A program made the position numbers and the translations under genes. The notes under the pieces were generated by a model. That model saw nothing but the letters and a program-made list of their open reading frames with translations, made no database searches and had not been told where the DNA came from. From Raillietiella orientalis (lineage: Eukaryota), in the NCBI GenBank assembly GCA_036172245.1, contig JAYWIR010000030.1, positions 1,364,001-1,428,000 of the forward strand: a stretch of DNA of 64,000 nucleotides, read 5' to 3'. The stretch's first letter is position 1; each line of letters begins with the position of its first letter. Of this stretch, positions 14,901 to 29,026 are shown piece by piece.

Positions 14901-17900
14901 AGTTCGGATCTCGAAGAAATGCAGAAAAACTTCTTTCTTTGGACGGCTTCCCGGAAGCTGGAGGCACAGTCCTGACGGTAAGAAAGCCAACTATGGAAAC
15001 TGCAAGTGCGGCTCAGTCCAGAGAGCACTGTACCAGCAGTGTTGAATACAAGAGAATCTGAAAAACAACATTCAGAGAGGAGAGGCTTGACAGAGAGCCA
15101 AGCTAGATGCCGCAAGCGCTCGCAGCATCCCTCCCCTGGTGGCGATTCTCATAGCAGCACGGCAAGGGATGTCGAACCTCAGGAAAAGGAGAATATTTCA
15201 AGGGGATAAGAACGGAGATGCTCCTGTCAAAGAATGGTAGAATCTGAGCCCGCTCTCTATGAATGACCGATGGAACCCACGAATGGCCGCAAATTTCCGA
15301 AGACACACATCTCGAAGATTTATGATGAGTTGTGCACACGGAATCCCGTTTCATCCACGATCTCCGTGTAAGGCCGCGCTGAACATTTCCAAGATGTGCT
15401 TCTTGTTTCGGTATTTCCACTCACGCATCGTTACGTTTCTTGGTGCGATGATTAAAGAAGTACGGATGTTGATTCCTTTATCCATTCTTTCGTGCTTATT
15501 TTTTTTTTTTTGTGCGTGTGTTTTTGGAGGGCCTTCATTTGGACTCCAAAGTGATCCTAGCTTTCTTTTTTTCTAATGGAGCAAAGGACGACAGTTGGGG
15601 GAAAAGGAACAGAACGAAAAAACAAAGACAAAACAAAAGCGAAGGAGAGAGGATTTGCAAAGGTTGCCAGAATCAATGAAATCGGAGACTTTCGAAGGAA
15701 AAGTATCTTCGAAGTGTCCTTCAGGCTCCGACCTATTTGCAGCCTTTCAACCCGTCCACTTTGATTTCTAATCCTTCTACGCTGCGAGCTCACGAAAGAG
15801 TGGTGACAGAGGGTAACCCGCTGATGTTCCCCTTTCGGAGAATGCTCCAAGTTGCAACGAGAGTCCTGGATTCTTGCTTCTGCCAGCAGGCGAGCGAAGT
15901 CACATCTTTCATCCCTCGAGGAGGACAACCGCTTTTATTTGACAGAAAACCATTTCCGGAAGGAAGCAGCATTTCTGGTGAAAAGACATGTGCAATATGA
16001 TCTGCTGATGTTTTCACGAACTGACGGAAAGGAAGAATTGGAAAACCATTCACCAAGAAAATTCAACCAGCCCCAGCCATCTGAGAGCGGAATTTGGAGA
16101 AGATTAATTCGTCGTCAATCTGTCTTTCGTCCCTACGAACCGGAGATTCTGTCCAGCATCGTTCTCACCAGAAGGTTTCGACTTGCAAAAAAATTTGCAT
16201 CATCAAACTGTGCTTAAGAAGAAGAGGTGGTCATGCGCATCAGGATGTTTCGAAGCTTCCACAAGGAATCCAACGACAACCTTAATAAAGAATCAGATGA
16301 AATTTCAGGCGAATGAAGACTGTGATGGTATGAGTCGCGCATGCATCTCCTGATAGCTGGGAGGAAAACAAGGAGCTGGTCTTTAATTCCATTGCATGAT
16401 CGAGTATCCTTGCAGGACCAGGATCCTGGAAGATGAGACGGATTCCAGTGGAGTGCACGTGACGTCCAGTTCTCGCCCCATTCGTATGCCAGCCATTCTT
16501 CTCGTGAAGACTCCTGGAGGAACTTCATCTTGTCGTCAGAGAGCCATGCTGCTGTGGCGACCGTACCGCGCAGCACACTCCCGACGCAAGAGCCTCTGAC
16601 CAGTAAGCACACGGTCCATCCCTTTCTTCACTCCATGGTTGTTTTTCTGCTCGAGGTAAATTGCCGTAAGAAATTGCAGGGTAGCGACAAATAAGGAAGG
16701 CCGAAACACTCCTTCTCTGCGGGGACGAACGCAGTAATGTTTGCTTGGATAAGCAGTTCTTGCAAACTAAGGCGCGATTATTTATTTGACTCGTTCGAGG
16801 TCCGGTCTGCGTCGAAACCAATCTTGTTTTGGGAAAACAGATCTATTCCATTCCTTACAGTGCAATGGGAAGGAATTCCTGGTGGAAAAGACCTCACGCC
16901 AGAAATCGATCTGCCTTCACGGCCAAGTTTTTTTTTTTCTTCTTCTTCGAAATCGCCTCTGAGCAAAGTCTCTTTATAGCTCTTTTCGTCTCTTGCAGCG
17001 CTCCTACTCTTGCACGGTGGCGTTCGTTGTCACCTGCCACATAAAGATCACAGCTCCCAACGAACTGTACCACAAGAGAGCGATCTGAATGTTTGCAGCG
17101 TTCTTTATCTTCCTGCTCCAACACTCTCTCCCAACAAGCGAACAATTAGTCAGAGCGCCTCCTCCAGACAGTGCTCTCTACCATAGGCACAGCTCCTTCT
17201 TCTTTCACTGCAAGGGAAGAAAAACTGTCACGGCCGTCTCTGCATAGACAGCAGATGACGACGTGCTGGACGCCATCTCTTAGACGGACAACTGAACCAG
17301 TGCAGCCGCCTCCGGAGAACTGCAAGGGAACTGTGAAATCTAGGATTTATAGAGCTCTGAATATGCAGATAGGGAAGAACAAAGCTCGAGTCGAAAGGGT
17401 TAGGAAACGGCAAGTCTGGCAAAAGCTCCATGCCATCTCTCTCTGCATAAAGACGCTCTATACATCGTTCTTACACCATTCTTCTTGAGACAGTCTTCGC
17501 ACCCTACTATACATCAGGACCCGCTCTTACGTGAAGCGCCCACGGCTGGCCGGGTAAATGCATCGTGGCCTGGTGTTCTGTTTTGTGTCCCTTGGTCTAT
17601 CAAGAAGGGTTGTAGAACGACGCACGTTAGCGGAACGCGTCCCGTTTTAGAAACCCTGTGTCCATCATCCGAAAAACAAGTGCATAAAATAAGAAATGGT
17701 TGTCCTGACAATGGAGCGAGGGAGCGTGGAAGCCGTGGCCGAATGCGGAGGAATGCTGGAAGAAATGAAATAAATTCGAATGAATCGAGGAGGAGAAGAG
17801 GAAGTCGGGGGGGGGGGGAGAAGTGAAAAGCAACAAAAATGGAAAAGGTTGCTGCGTTGTTAATTTCCATTACAGGCAAATTCAAATCCAAATTTATTCA

Positions 17901-20900
17901 TCCCAGCGAATCGCGGGAGTAACTCTTGATAGCGGAGGTTGCGACACAGCAACGTGTCTCCCAGAGGTCAACAAGGACCATCCGCGACTGCGGATAGTTT
18001 GCAACCAGTGGCAACATCCACGAGATGCGGCTGTTTCTCTACGCGCAAGGCGTGAGGGGGAGATACACCCGAAAGACCCGAGAGCTTTGGAAGCATCCGG
18101 CAGGCATCCAACGCCTGGATCCTGGCAACCAAAGTCAACATCCCCGAAGCCATGAAGTACAGCAACTCTGAAGAAGAAGACGCCCCCTTAATGGCTGCCG
18201 AACGCTACGGGACCCGGATAGTGAACCGGCAAACGGTTGGAACTGCAGTCAACCACCAGGCACGAGGACAACCACCTTCTGTTTTACTACGGACGCATCC
18301 TGAGTGGGAGCAGGACAGCACACTGTACTGGCAGCATCGAAGACGAGCTCTGCAAGGACGTGTAGCAGCAGGAAAATCCAGCTAGACATCTTCACCTGCC
18401 CGATGCTGTGCCAGGACTGGAGCACGCTGAAGGCGGTGATTGGTCTGCGGAGGACCACAAGAATGAAGATTTTAGCAGGAATGTTCGACAGGAACAATGC
18501 AAATGGTTCCCCGGTGCAATCCCATGGTTAAACCACCATCGCCCTCATCACCACGAGCGTCGCGATACGGACGCGATAAGGACAAAGATGAGGAACAAGG
18601 GGACTACATCAGCATAGCAAAGGGACTGACGAGACGAGAGATAGGGACCAAAAACTGAGGCAGGGTACCCTCCTGGACAAACCGCTACATTTTGAAGATA
18701 GTGGACATGGTCCGAGCGAGTGAACTGCCCTCCGGCCCCCCAGTGACTATATCCAAAGGAAACGACCACGATGGTGACATACCAAAGGACGCCGTGTGTA
18801 GAAAGAAAGCAGAGAACTGTGAGAATCCACAGATGGAAGATGACCGAATGAGTGCGACCTGTTGACCTTGTTGTAACCGTACCTTTCTTGTTCAATAAAG
18901 CCACTCCACCGCTTGTCAGACCTGGGGAAAAGAGCGAATTTCCCTCGAATTCCCAGGGGTCCTCCGTATGGGAGGCAAAGTGGGTCTTTGGAAATTTTTC
19001 CCGGAAGCTGCGGGATCAGCCAAAGATGGAAGGAAACTCCAGACTCTTGAAAAATTCCAGCAGGCTGCAGCAGAAGAACCGAAGAAGCCTCACGGGTCCA
19101 GATCTGCGGCTCACAGGGAAAGGCACTCAATCCAGCACGGAGGTCCCGAGAAAGTCATCCAGCTTTCGGGACACAGGCCATTGATCAAAAAAGAGTCGAG
19201 CACCGGCACTTATTGAGCGAGGAGGATTGAGGAACGTGAGATAGAAGGGTGATGCTGCAACAAATAGTCATGCCGAGCTGCACAACTTCTGGAATCAGCA
19301 AATTAGAATGTACCCATAAAGTCCAATTCATCAAGGGGGGAGGGGAGGAGCAGAGCGAATAAAAAGAATGCGCGATCAGGCAGACTTGCCAAAAAAAAAA
19401 AAAGAAAAGAAATCCTCTATCAGGATGGACTGGAAATTTCCAGGAGGCGCATGTAATTTATTCAGGACGATCTTCTAACAGAACAAGAGAGATTGCCGGA
19501 TCCGGCTTCAAGCGCTGCAGTAAGGTTATCTGTGTGCCGAGGACCGCGCGCAGAGATCACGGAGACAATTCGAATAGTAGTGAAAGCACGGTCCAAGCAG
19601 ATACGAGGACGCGACGGAGGATCGGAGCTAAGATGATATCATGACTTTCTAGGATGGGAAGAGCTCAAGCAAGTAGAGCGAAGGATGCGAAACGCCGATA
19701 GCGAAACTCCGAAAAGGAACAAAGCTTCCACTTAGCAAAGACAGAGATGGACGCTCATCAACGGAGCGACTGCTCCGTCGCCGAACGGCCACGGCAGCTC
19801 GGGAGGCAGGGCAAGCCGAGGAGGCCCTCTCTCCACGACGAACCCAATTCGTTCTGCTTCTTGAAGTGAAACGTGATTTGCACCAACGCGGGAGACACTT
19901 CCTCCTGCAGCTCAGGAAGAGTCCGTCCGTCGCCTTGAGAACGGCGAGCGGGAGATGCGTGAGGGCTCTGGAGCCGCCCGAATCTTCGCGCTCCGAGCAG
20001 CCTGCTCTCCATCGCGTGAGGACGAGCTGCAGAGCATCTCGTCGAAGAGTGGTGGTTCGAACTTTGAGACACGACTTTCCTCCTCCAGACGCCTCGTATC
20101 ACGAATCTCGCAGCAAGAAGGCGAGGGATGCCTCCGCTCTTCGCTAGATATGCTTTCCTCGCATCGTGCAGCTGCAGCCCCTCCCGGGAGCAGCGAACAT
20201 GCCTTCTCTGCCTGCGTTTCTGCCAAGGACTGTCCTTTGCTCGGGATTCGCCCTCGACGTTAAGGCCTCCAGCATTCCCGGCAGCTCGGCAACCTTGCCG
20301 ACTGCTTGTTCTTTGTCGGGGAGCATCCATGGATCCGCGCTGCCCGGAAACGACCCCATCCCAGTTGTTCTTCCTTCGTGCCCCTTTTTCAGCGCGCAGG
20401 TTGAGAATTTCTCTCCGGAATGTTCGAAATCTCAGTTTCGTGGCGCGCGTTTAGGAAACTTTGAGGAGACCACGGGAGATAAAGCGATGAGCGTCGAGTT
20501 ATTCTTAGGCAGCCAGGTTCCTTGAGGCGCATGGTATTATGGATGCTTTCTTCCCGAGTACAAGCAAATCAGATGCTCTTCTAGAGGCTGCTGAAATGTG
20601 GTAGCCGATACGATAATCCAAGTATGCGCGGAAGTTTCGGCAGAAGTTTCTGAAGAGAGATATTTGAACTGAACCCTGCAGCGGCGCACAGACGCAAATT
20701 AAGAGGAAGCTGATACGAGAACCAAATTACCGAAAAAACGAAAATAAAATACATTTCGAACTTATGTTCGTTAAAGATAAACACGACGTTTTTGCGCCAC
20801 TTCCGCGTTCTTTCCGTAGTTAATTGAGCAAATGAAACGCGAGCATTTTTCAGAACACGCAACCGAAAACGGAACACAAAACACCCCCTATCTTTTTCAT

Positions 20901-22759
20901 TATGATTTTTTGTTTTGAATTGGAAGGTTGCCTAATATGTATGTCGAAACAAAATGGAATCTGGTCCAGTCGTAATGATTGATAATCAGCTGCAGCAGCC
21001 AAGTGAAACGAAAACAGTGATACCAAAGTTTTTTTTTTTTTTTTTCTGAAAACTCCCTTCCCATAGTGATAAAAGGAAAAAGATTTATGTAGTTTTCGTT
21101 TTAAATGAATATATTAGACTTTCCTGTGGGCTTTTTGTGCTTGAGCGTTTTTTTTTTTTTTTTTTTTTTTCATTTTCCGATCATCCCGGAACTATTCCTG
21201 CGGAAGAAGATGCAATAATCATGCTATATTCAAAAGCAGGCGACAGTCAGAAAGGTTAAAGGGGAAGGTGTAATGACCTTATATAATCTCCAGAAGGCGA
21301 ATCGAATGTTTGAAAACGAGGAGCAGACTCCAGAATTTACTCGTACGTTTTAAATGGGCTTGCAATTTCACATTGTACTCCTGTCAGGGACAGCGGATGT
21401 CTGGATGAGAAGAATTTGCTCCTGCCTTTGTTTTTGATTTTTTTGTTTTTTTTTTTTGGCTTCCAGGTGGTCCAGTAGAAATTCGGAAAGTTCCAAAGAT
21501 CACACGCTGAAAGGTCAAAACCCATCAATGTCCCTCTGCGAGGTGCATTTCAAAAGTAAGGAGACCGATCGGATATAAGGAAAGAACAACGAATAAGAGG
21601 AGCAAAAATGTATCCGTGGTCCTAAACACAACACATCATCCCCCGTGTCATTTTTCTACGCACTCACCACTTTTTTTTCTAAACACCCTCCATGTCGTGG
21701 AACAGTGCTTTTTAAACCCTCTTCGTAACCGATCCCGCCAGATGTGAAGTCCGGCCAGTGATTCGATCTTTCAAAGCAAAAGATAACGTGATGCTGCTGA
21801 AATGCACCGCGAATCGTGTGAAATCCACGGGCCTACAGTAATGAGTGAAGGAGAAGAAGTAGGGCGATGGTGTCGCGAGTTTAGGGAAGGCCGTTCCCAT
21901 GCTCACGATGGAGAGAGGAGAGGCAGGCCGAGCGTTGGGACTCGAGATCTCGTTGAGCGTGTGGACGCGAAAGTGAGGGAAAGTCGATTCCCTCTACGGT
22001 TCGCGATCTTTCCATAGATCTTCCAGAAGTTTCAAAGACAGCGTGGTCCAGAATTCCGACTGACATACTTGGCTACCGTAAACTGTGTGCACGGCGGGTC
22101 CCGAAAATACGCTGACGGACGCTCTCACAAAAACCGGAGAGATTGACATCGACCTACCCACGTGAAATTCGAATGGGAACTTTTTGATCACCCAGTCCTG
22201 ACCTCGCGCCCAGTGGCCACCACGTCTTCCTTCCTGCACCTCAAGAAGTGGCTCAACGGTTCGAGGAAAGGGAGGAGGAGTTGGAAACTGCAGTGCTCAG
22301 CTCCCAGGCGGCGGAATTATACGCGGAGGGTTTCAAAAAGCTCTGTCCACAGTATCCAAAGTGTTGGAGAAAAAAAAAAATGGTGACTGCGTAGAGGAAT
22401 GATATAGGGATGTACTATTACCATTTTTGTTCTTCTTATTTGTTGCTCTTTCTTTATATCCGACCAGCCCTTAGTTTTGAAACGAGCTTCTTATTAATGC
22501 GGGAGGGTCCAAACGAAAGCATCTGGAGATGACCCTGCGTTTTGCGTTGGGAATCTTCACCTTCTAAAACTCCTCCGATAGAAAACCAATAGGCAGCAAG
22601 TCAAGGGGATAGGGGGGGGGGGGGGAATCGCTACCGTTATGACGTTCTTCACCATTCTGTTGTGGTTGCAGGCTTTCCAAAAGGCTTTCGTCATCATCGA
22701 GAAAGCTCCACAGAAAGCAAGGCAGATGAACTGAAAGGAAGTTGGATGCGAACGGCAAC

Positions 22760-23240
22760 AGGGAGGAGATCCAAAAATTATATGAAATGAGCCGCAGAAA
22801 AGCGATTCGCGCAATTTTCGGACAGCAGGATATTCGCAGTCCAGTGGCGTTAGAAGAAATTCCATCAGCAGCTGGAAATTCCCGAACCTGCTAATGTACA
22901 ACTGGCAGATATCACTCTTCTGAAGGGAACTACTGAAATGTCTCGACGGAGAAAGTGCGAGATGGCTCAGTAGAGAGACACACTCCAGCCGCAGGATCAC
23001 CTGTGGCGGATGGAGAATGGTGGACCCTGAAGCATCCGTACCAACTCCGATCTTCAACGCCCTGCCGAGGTTCCAAAAGAATTCTGCAACGATGGAGGTG
23101 TTCGAAAACGATCCTACTTTCAAAATCCGCAACACCTCCCAACGAGATCCACTAGTGGAGGTACACCTCAATCGGCGATAGTGTGTATTGACGATTGGCC
23201 AGGCGGCTGTCCACCATACTAATGGCCTGGCAGTATGCAC
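22760..23240 (+). mobile_element. Second degenerate Utopia/R2-superfamily RT N-terminal fragment
   Basis: Across frameshifts: EEIQKLYEMSRRKAIRAIFG, ITCGGWRMVDPEASVPTPIFNA, WRCSKTILLSK..WRYTSIGDSVY*RLARRL. These motifs parallel the 28.7-kb fragment. Confidence 0.7.
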
Positions 23241-23536
23241 ATTTGAAACTTGAGGCGACAAGGAAGTTTCGGTTGAGAAGAATGCAAAATGAACAAATGG
23301 AAGGAATAACAGATGTACGTCAAGTACAAAGACACTCAGGTTGCTGAACCATGCATACAAAATTCCTGCACTTGGAGAGCTCGTCAAAGACCCGGGGGAA
23401 GATCTCAACTGAGGACCCTTTCAAAGTTTTAATTATCGGATGCAAATCGATTAGCGGCGTATCCTTTTTGGATATTTTCCTCCAGGAAGCATAAAGGCGG
23501 CGTTGTCGTAAGAATGGAAAAGAAACGAATTTCGGG

Positions 23537-23833
23537 TGTGACCCCTCTTACAAGGGCGCACTGGTGTTCCGCACCTTCCAGTGACTCCCACAACAGCAGC
23601 GCGAGCGATCCGAACTGTCCGTCATCCATCGGGCAGCCAACGCGAGTGAAAGATGTGCACTTGAAATGTCTGAAATGGGAAACACGAAAGGGAAAAGGGG
23701 TGCTTTTTCGCTTGGAAGGCGAACGAGTGTCTGTTGACCCCTGTTGGCGAGGCACGAAATCTACCCAAGTCATTGCCGTGGTCTTGAGCCCGTCGTCTCC
23801 CCTGCTCACCCGGTTTTGCTCCGGGGCGTGACA
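23537..23833. mobile_element. Possible solo LTR
   Basis: TG...CA termini with imperfect inverted ends (tgtgacccc ... ggggcgtgaca) and flanks cggg/cggc (3 of 4 match). Single copy in the window. Confidence 0.3.
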
Positions 23834-26508
23834 CGGCCTTCTGAAACACGGCCACCGGATTTCCAGTTTTTGTTTGCTCTGAAGCACTCTTTGCTTAACT
23901 TTTCCGTGACGCGCAGGCCATGAATCAAGGAAGCTCCACTGAAATCAGGAAAGAAGTCATCCTGATTTCAGATGTCATCACTCTTGTTTGCAATTTTTCC
24001 GTGTCATTTATAATGCTACAAATACAAAAACTGCTTTCAGGAGCCTCGATTCCCTGTGCTTTTACGGTAATGAAGATTCATTTTTGTTTGTCCCTTTCTT
24101 TCATGTAATTATCCCATGTGAAAAATGATCTTCCATACTCTTCAGCCTATTTGCTCTTGCATTTTTATGAGCCGAACCTGCAGCAAGCCATCACTTACGG
24201 TTATTATTTGCAGCATGGAACCCGGGATCCTTGGCAACCCTATCGACTCCTCTGACCACGTCTTCGAAGAGAGCACGCGGAAGCCAAACGACGGAGCCAC
24301 AGCACACGAGCACAAGTCCGCAGATGCTTCGTTTCCGGAAACTCGCACTTGAAAGATGAGCGAGGCAGGGTCAGATCAAGGGTGAAGAGCGGATTTGCGA
24401 CCCGGAGGCACGCTCACTACAGAGCGCTTCCCACAGTGGTGTGTGCCTCCTCACAGTGGCTTGATGTGGTTAGTAGGGTTTGGGGAGGATGCTTACTTCG
24501 AGTTGATGAGGATTTGGTATGCATGGAGGACGGTGAAGACACCAAACGATTCTTCCAAACTTTCTGGCGCCTTTCGCAGAATAGGGAGCAAAGCGAAAGA
24601 GCCAACGGCGTTTCGAAGTCTGTGTTCACGGGAAAATCAGCGCGCAATCACTTTAGAGGTGGGATTAGTAAACGGAGAGTTGCCTCTCCGTGATCAGCAA
24701 GATGACATGATGTTTGGAAAATGCCAAATAAAACTGGAATGAAGAAAAAAGGAGGCTCCAGCTAAAAAGCTTTCGTTTGCTTAAAGCAACCAAACATTTC
24801 AGCTGTCGCCTTAAAAGTCGGAAGTCTTTCCGCCAAGACCGGACGCCCAGTTTAGCCCAGGAGCACAAGTCTCGTCTGTCCCGAGGGCACTGATTTGGAA
24901 GCACAAATCGAATCATCTGGAATATCAAATTAAACTGGCTGATGCGTGGGAAGAAGGTAGGGGTGTAAAGGTGAATGGGAACAAAACTCGAGGCGATGAA
25001 CGTACAGAATTCTGGAATAAGGTGTACGGGAAATTGTAAATTAGAAATTCATGGATGACCAGCCGTTCGCTGGTATGATGAGTTTTACGAGCGAGGCGAG
25101 GCGTGTCGAAGAGAGGAGGATGCTCCTCCAGAGGATCCTGACTGGTTCTAGTCCAAGGACTCATGGAGCCGATTAAAAGTACTCCTACAAGATGCCACTC
25201 CGTTGCCATCACGCGTTGAGAGCCAAACTTTGAAAAAATAAAAATGGAAAACTGCGAATTTTCATCCGTGGATTCTGAAAGTTCTCATTCGACTTCCGCG
25301 ATTCTCCGGTGCTCGAGCGCCTTCTTTGCATCACATCCACGGCGGAAGCGATCGTTTTTGTTTAGCAGTTGGCATCAGATTCGTTAGAAGTCGGGTGGAT
25401 GTGGTTCCAACCTCATTCGAGCTAAAGCTACTTAGAACGGAATGCCGGCATCTCCACCAACAGATCACCAGCAATAAATGCTCCATGGAAGGAAGCCTTC
25501 GGACTGCCGGACAAAGATCCGCCTCTGGATTACGTCGCTCTAATCCGCATCGTACATCTCCTGCTGAAGCTCTTTCTTTCTCGATGCTGATTCGCATCGT
25601 AGCAAGAGTTTGTCGCACTGGCTCCTCGCAGCATCGTGCAAAGCGCTTCTAAATCAGCCCGATGGGTAGCGATGAATGTCACATTTGACACACGGAAGCC
25701 AGATCGGAACTTGGAAGAGAACGCGGAAGCAGCTGCGTGGACGATCCTGCAGCAGCACCCAGCTGCAAGATCGGAGGAAACGAAAGCAAAATTTTTGCGC
25801 TCCCCAAACATAAAATCCACATCGAAGGGCTTTAACGATATCTATAAACTCCAAGCAGAGTCAGGAAGGTAACATCGGCGCAGGATCTCCGACGTCTCAT
25901 CTCTCTAAGACTGAGTTCTCAGGAGGGGAAATGATCAGAAATTCCGTCTTTCTCTCGTGAGAGCAATGCAGACACTTATAGAAGGAAGAGTAGAAGACAT
26001 GAATTTGCATTTTTCTATTGGTCCGCTCACTGAGACAGAGGCCCGCAGACCTCTTGGAAAGTTGAATCTAGGTACCGACAAAAGAGCACAATGGTCTTGG
26101 AATGGTGTCAATCCTCATGACTTTCTTTTACAGCTCACCTTGAAGAACAAAGAATAAAACGAATGTGAGGTACCAAATTAGTGGGATCAACAGCGATAGG
26201 AAACCTAATTGAGCTGTTCAGTGTCCAAGCGGTTTCTAATATTTGTCGAAAGACTCCTCCCACAAATGCTAGGAACCCATTTCGACAGCATCTCCAACGT
26301 TTGTGGGCGTCCTGATGCCAAACCGCACTCGCACAAAAACCTGCGAGCGCTGCTGGATGCCCGGCTCCTCTGCTGAGGATTCACATCAAGCGCAGCTGAC
26401 AGACTGACTACAGCGCTAAAGATGTAGATGACCTGCGGCATTCGAATCAGTCTGACTTTGCAGAAAGACCTCTTACAGAGAGAGATTTGCTCCGGAGACT
26501 GTCGAGTT

Positions 26509-27330
26509 GCCCGCGTCGGCGGCCGTGTGGCCGCTGTCTCCGAGCATGGCGCCGGACGTTGCGGGTTCGAATCTGTCCACGTGGAGGATCGACGCCGAGA
26601 AGGGGGGGTACGTCGTGAGTTCCGAGTTCCCCCGCAAGATGACTCTGGCTGGTCTGCAGGCTCCAGGTGCGGCACTAGTTGACATCCGGTAAGGCAGGGG
26701 CGTTTATTTATGCGGGTGTGGCACTGGTGGAAGTCGGATGCCCCCGTTGTCCGGCCGGAATTGGACGCTGACCCTCAGCAGTCCCTTCCGGAACTCAAGG
26801 GATCTGTTCCCTTCGAAGATCCCCTCCGGTTGTAAAAATGGAGACGTCACCCTCCGAGGGGATCGCCTCTCCCGAGTGTCGAGAAGCGCGCTGCTGCTTC
26901 CTTCAGAGAAATTTGGAAGCGTCCCCTCCGGATTCTCTCCAGAGGAGGAAACAAGGAGCGGCTCCCTCGAGGGTTGCCTCCGAAGAAGAAATTCCAGGAG
27001 GAGGAGCGAAGAGGAGGAGAAAGGGAAGAAGAGGAGAGGGAGAAGGAGGAGGTTGGGGAAGGAGGAGCGGATCCTTTCGAGGTTTCCTTCGGAGAAGAAA
27101 ACCTTCGAGAGTACCTCAGGAGATATGAAAAAGGAGATTCCCTCCGGGGCCTCCTATCAAGCGTAAGAGTAATGACTTTCTTTTTTCAGAGCCTTCCTGG
27201 ATTCATAGGGTTGGCCCCTCTCGGGGTGCCCTCTACCTTGAAGAGCTAAGACGCACCCTGGGGGGTGACGTGGGAACGGTCCTAAAGAGCTTCGTGAGCG
27301 AACGGTTCTTCAGCAGTCAGCAACCCAAAA
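26509..27330 (+). mobile_element. Older, diverged copy of the same tRNA-headed element
   Basis: Head gcccgcgtcggcggccgtgtgg...gcgggttcgaatc. Shares blocks gagttccgagtt, ccttc.gagaaattt.ggaagcgtccc, ggagcgg.tccct, ccttcggagaaga, ccttcctggattcataggg and ggtgacgtgg with the 60-62-kb copies. No convincing TSD. Confidence 0.75.
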
Positions 27331-28936
27331 CAAACGAGATTCCCGGAAAACAGGGACACCACCGGTTCATAGTAAAATGGCTACCACGTCCCCCTATTGG
27401 ATTCATCTTTGTGGACTTGCTGTTGCTATTCACTTATTTGGTACTGAGCTGCTTCTAGGCTCCTGTCTCGGCTGTTGGTACTCGCAGACTTCCGAGGAAT
27501 TCGAAGCAGCCTCCACCGCCCACCGAAACTCCTGAATCGCGTTGGAGCCGACAGCGTGCATGGACGCAGTGTTCTCCGACTGCAACTGCCTCCGAATCGT
27601 TTACTAAGTGCTCCCAGCCAAGCACCGGACGATTGCTCTGCGAGGTGTTGCTGCCGCATGCGCCGTGGTGCACGTGCTCTCCGGAATGAAGCGACAAAGC
27701 TGTAAGCATGAAACTCCTGTCTTGGAAGTACCAGATGCACAGGGGGAAGAAGAAAAAAGCCTCCAGATCAATAATTCAAATAAATCATGCTTCAGGAACA
27801 TCTCGATTTGCGCTTCTCGCAATCCGAAAAGCAGCGACTGGAAATGGACGAGGGAATTGAAGGCCTACTAAGGAAAATTTGGAGATTCCGAACTTGCAGG
27901 AAATCTTCCGACCGTGAAATCCTGTAGGAAAGTGTGATCCTCGCCGCGCGTCTCAATTTCAAAACAACGCATCCCCAGAAAGAAGGATCACTTGGAAAAT
28001 AATTCTTGCGTCTCCCTTTACACAAAATGCCTGGATAAAGAACCGATGGGTGTCGCAAGCCTTGGAATCATGAACAGATCAGCTTTTTGCGGGATAATGA
28101 GCGAATGCATGGGTGACTGTCTTTGCTCGATGGATCAGCCAATTGAGAGAAAACGCCCGAAGCGGTTATTGCATAGGACATCATGTAGTGCAGTGGATCT
28201 CCCGTGCAACACAGGGATGGGAAGCGCGTCATACGAGCCCTATGGGTGGTGATACACGCACAAGGCATTCATAAAAAAAGACATGCAATGCACCTTAAAC
28301 TATGCAGCAGTAGAAGACTTATGATTTCACTTTAAAGTGTTCATTCAATATTCAAACTGAAGAGAAAAAAATTTTTTTTAGAGTTTTGCTGATATTCGAT
28401 CGATCGTGCGCACAATTCTACTGGTAGTTCGACTCTTTCCGCTCTATCACTGACGTTGTTGAAACGAGCATCCCGTCGCTCCATTTCATTCATGGAAATG
28501 TCCGAGTATTCAACCCATCTAAATCATGTGTGTTTGCACGGTTTTTTTTTTTTTTTTTTTTTTAGAACCAACAGAACTGACTCTGTGCCACAAAATTGGA
28601 ATTTGTCCACAGCACGTTGTGCGGTCTGATTTACCGCGCTCAAGAACTGGGAAGAACACCCAGCATGCATCCACCCGAAATCACTCCCTTCACTCAAGAT
28701 GAAGTTTCAAGGCTACTAAAAGTTGCAGAAATCTTCTTCCCAGGTGATGAAGGAATCATCTACGCTGGAAGGAATATGGCGGATTCCGAGGGTCGTCTGA
28801 TCACACCCATCTTCAACGTATCAATGAAGAAGAAGAAAGTCTTCAGGCAGTGGAAGAACACCAAGGCCATCCTGCTGCCCAAGGTATTGGAATCTTCCAT
28901 GAATAGAATCGTCCATCGTCCATTGCGGACTGGAGA

Positions 28937-29026
28937 GGAGCAAACATCCCGTTCACTTCCAAAAAGTAGTCTAATATACTGGCCACCAGATAGGCGGTGT
29001 ATCAGATATTAAGCTGATGAGGACAG
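28937..29026 (-). ncRNA. U2: U2 snRNA fragment (from ~nt 40 through the Sm site), fused to a Utopia 3' end
   Basis: Minus strand reads ctgtcctcatcagcttaatatctgatacaccgcctatctggtggccagtatattagactactttttggaag...ttgctcc. This matches U2 CTGTTCTTATCAGTTTAATATCTGATACG...ATATATTAAATGGATTTTTGGA...TTGCTCC. The 5' U6-pairing and branch-pairing part is missing. Confidence 0.88.

Noticed and set aside
17900..18620. Possible zinc-finger N-terminus of an RLE retrotransposon (FTCPMLC..., CKWF...HH)
   Set aside because: Ligand spacing is incomplete and spread over different frames.
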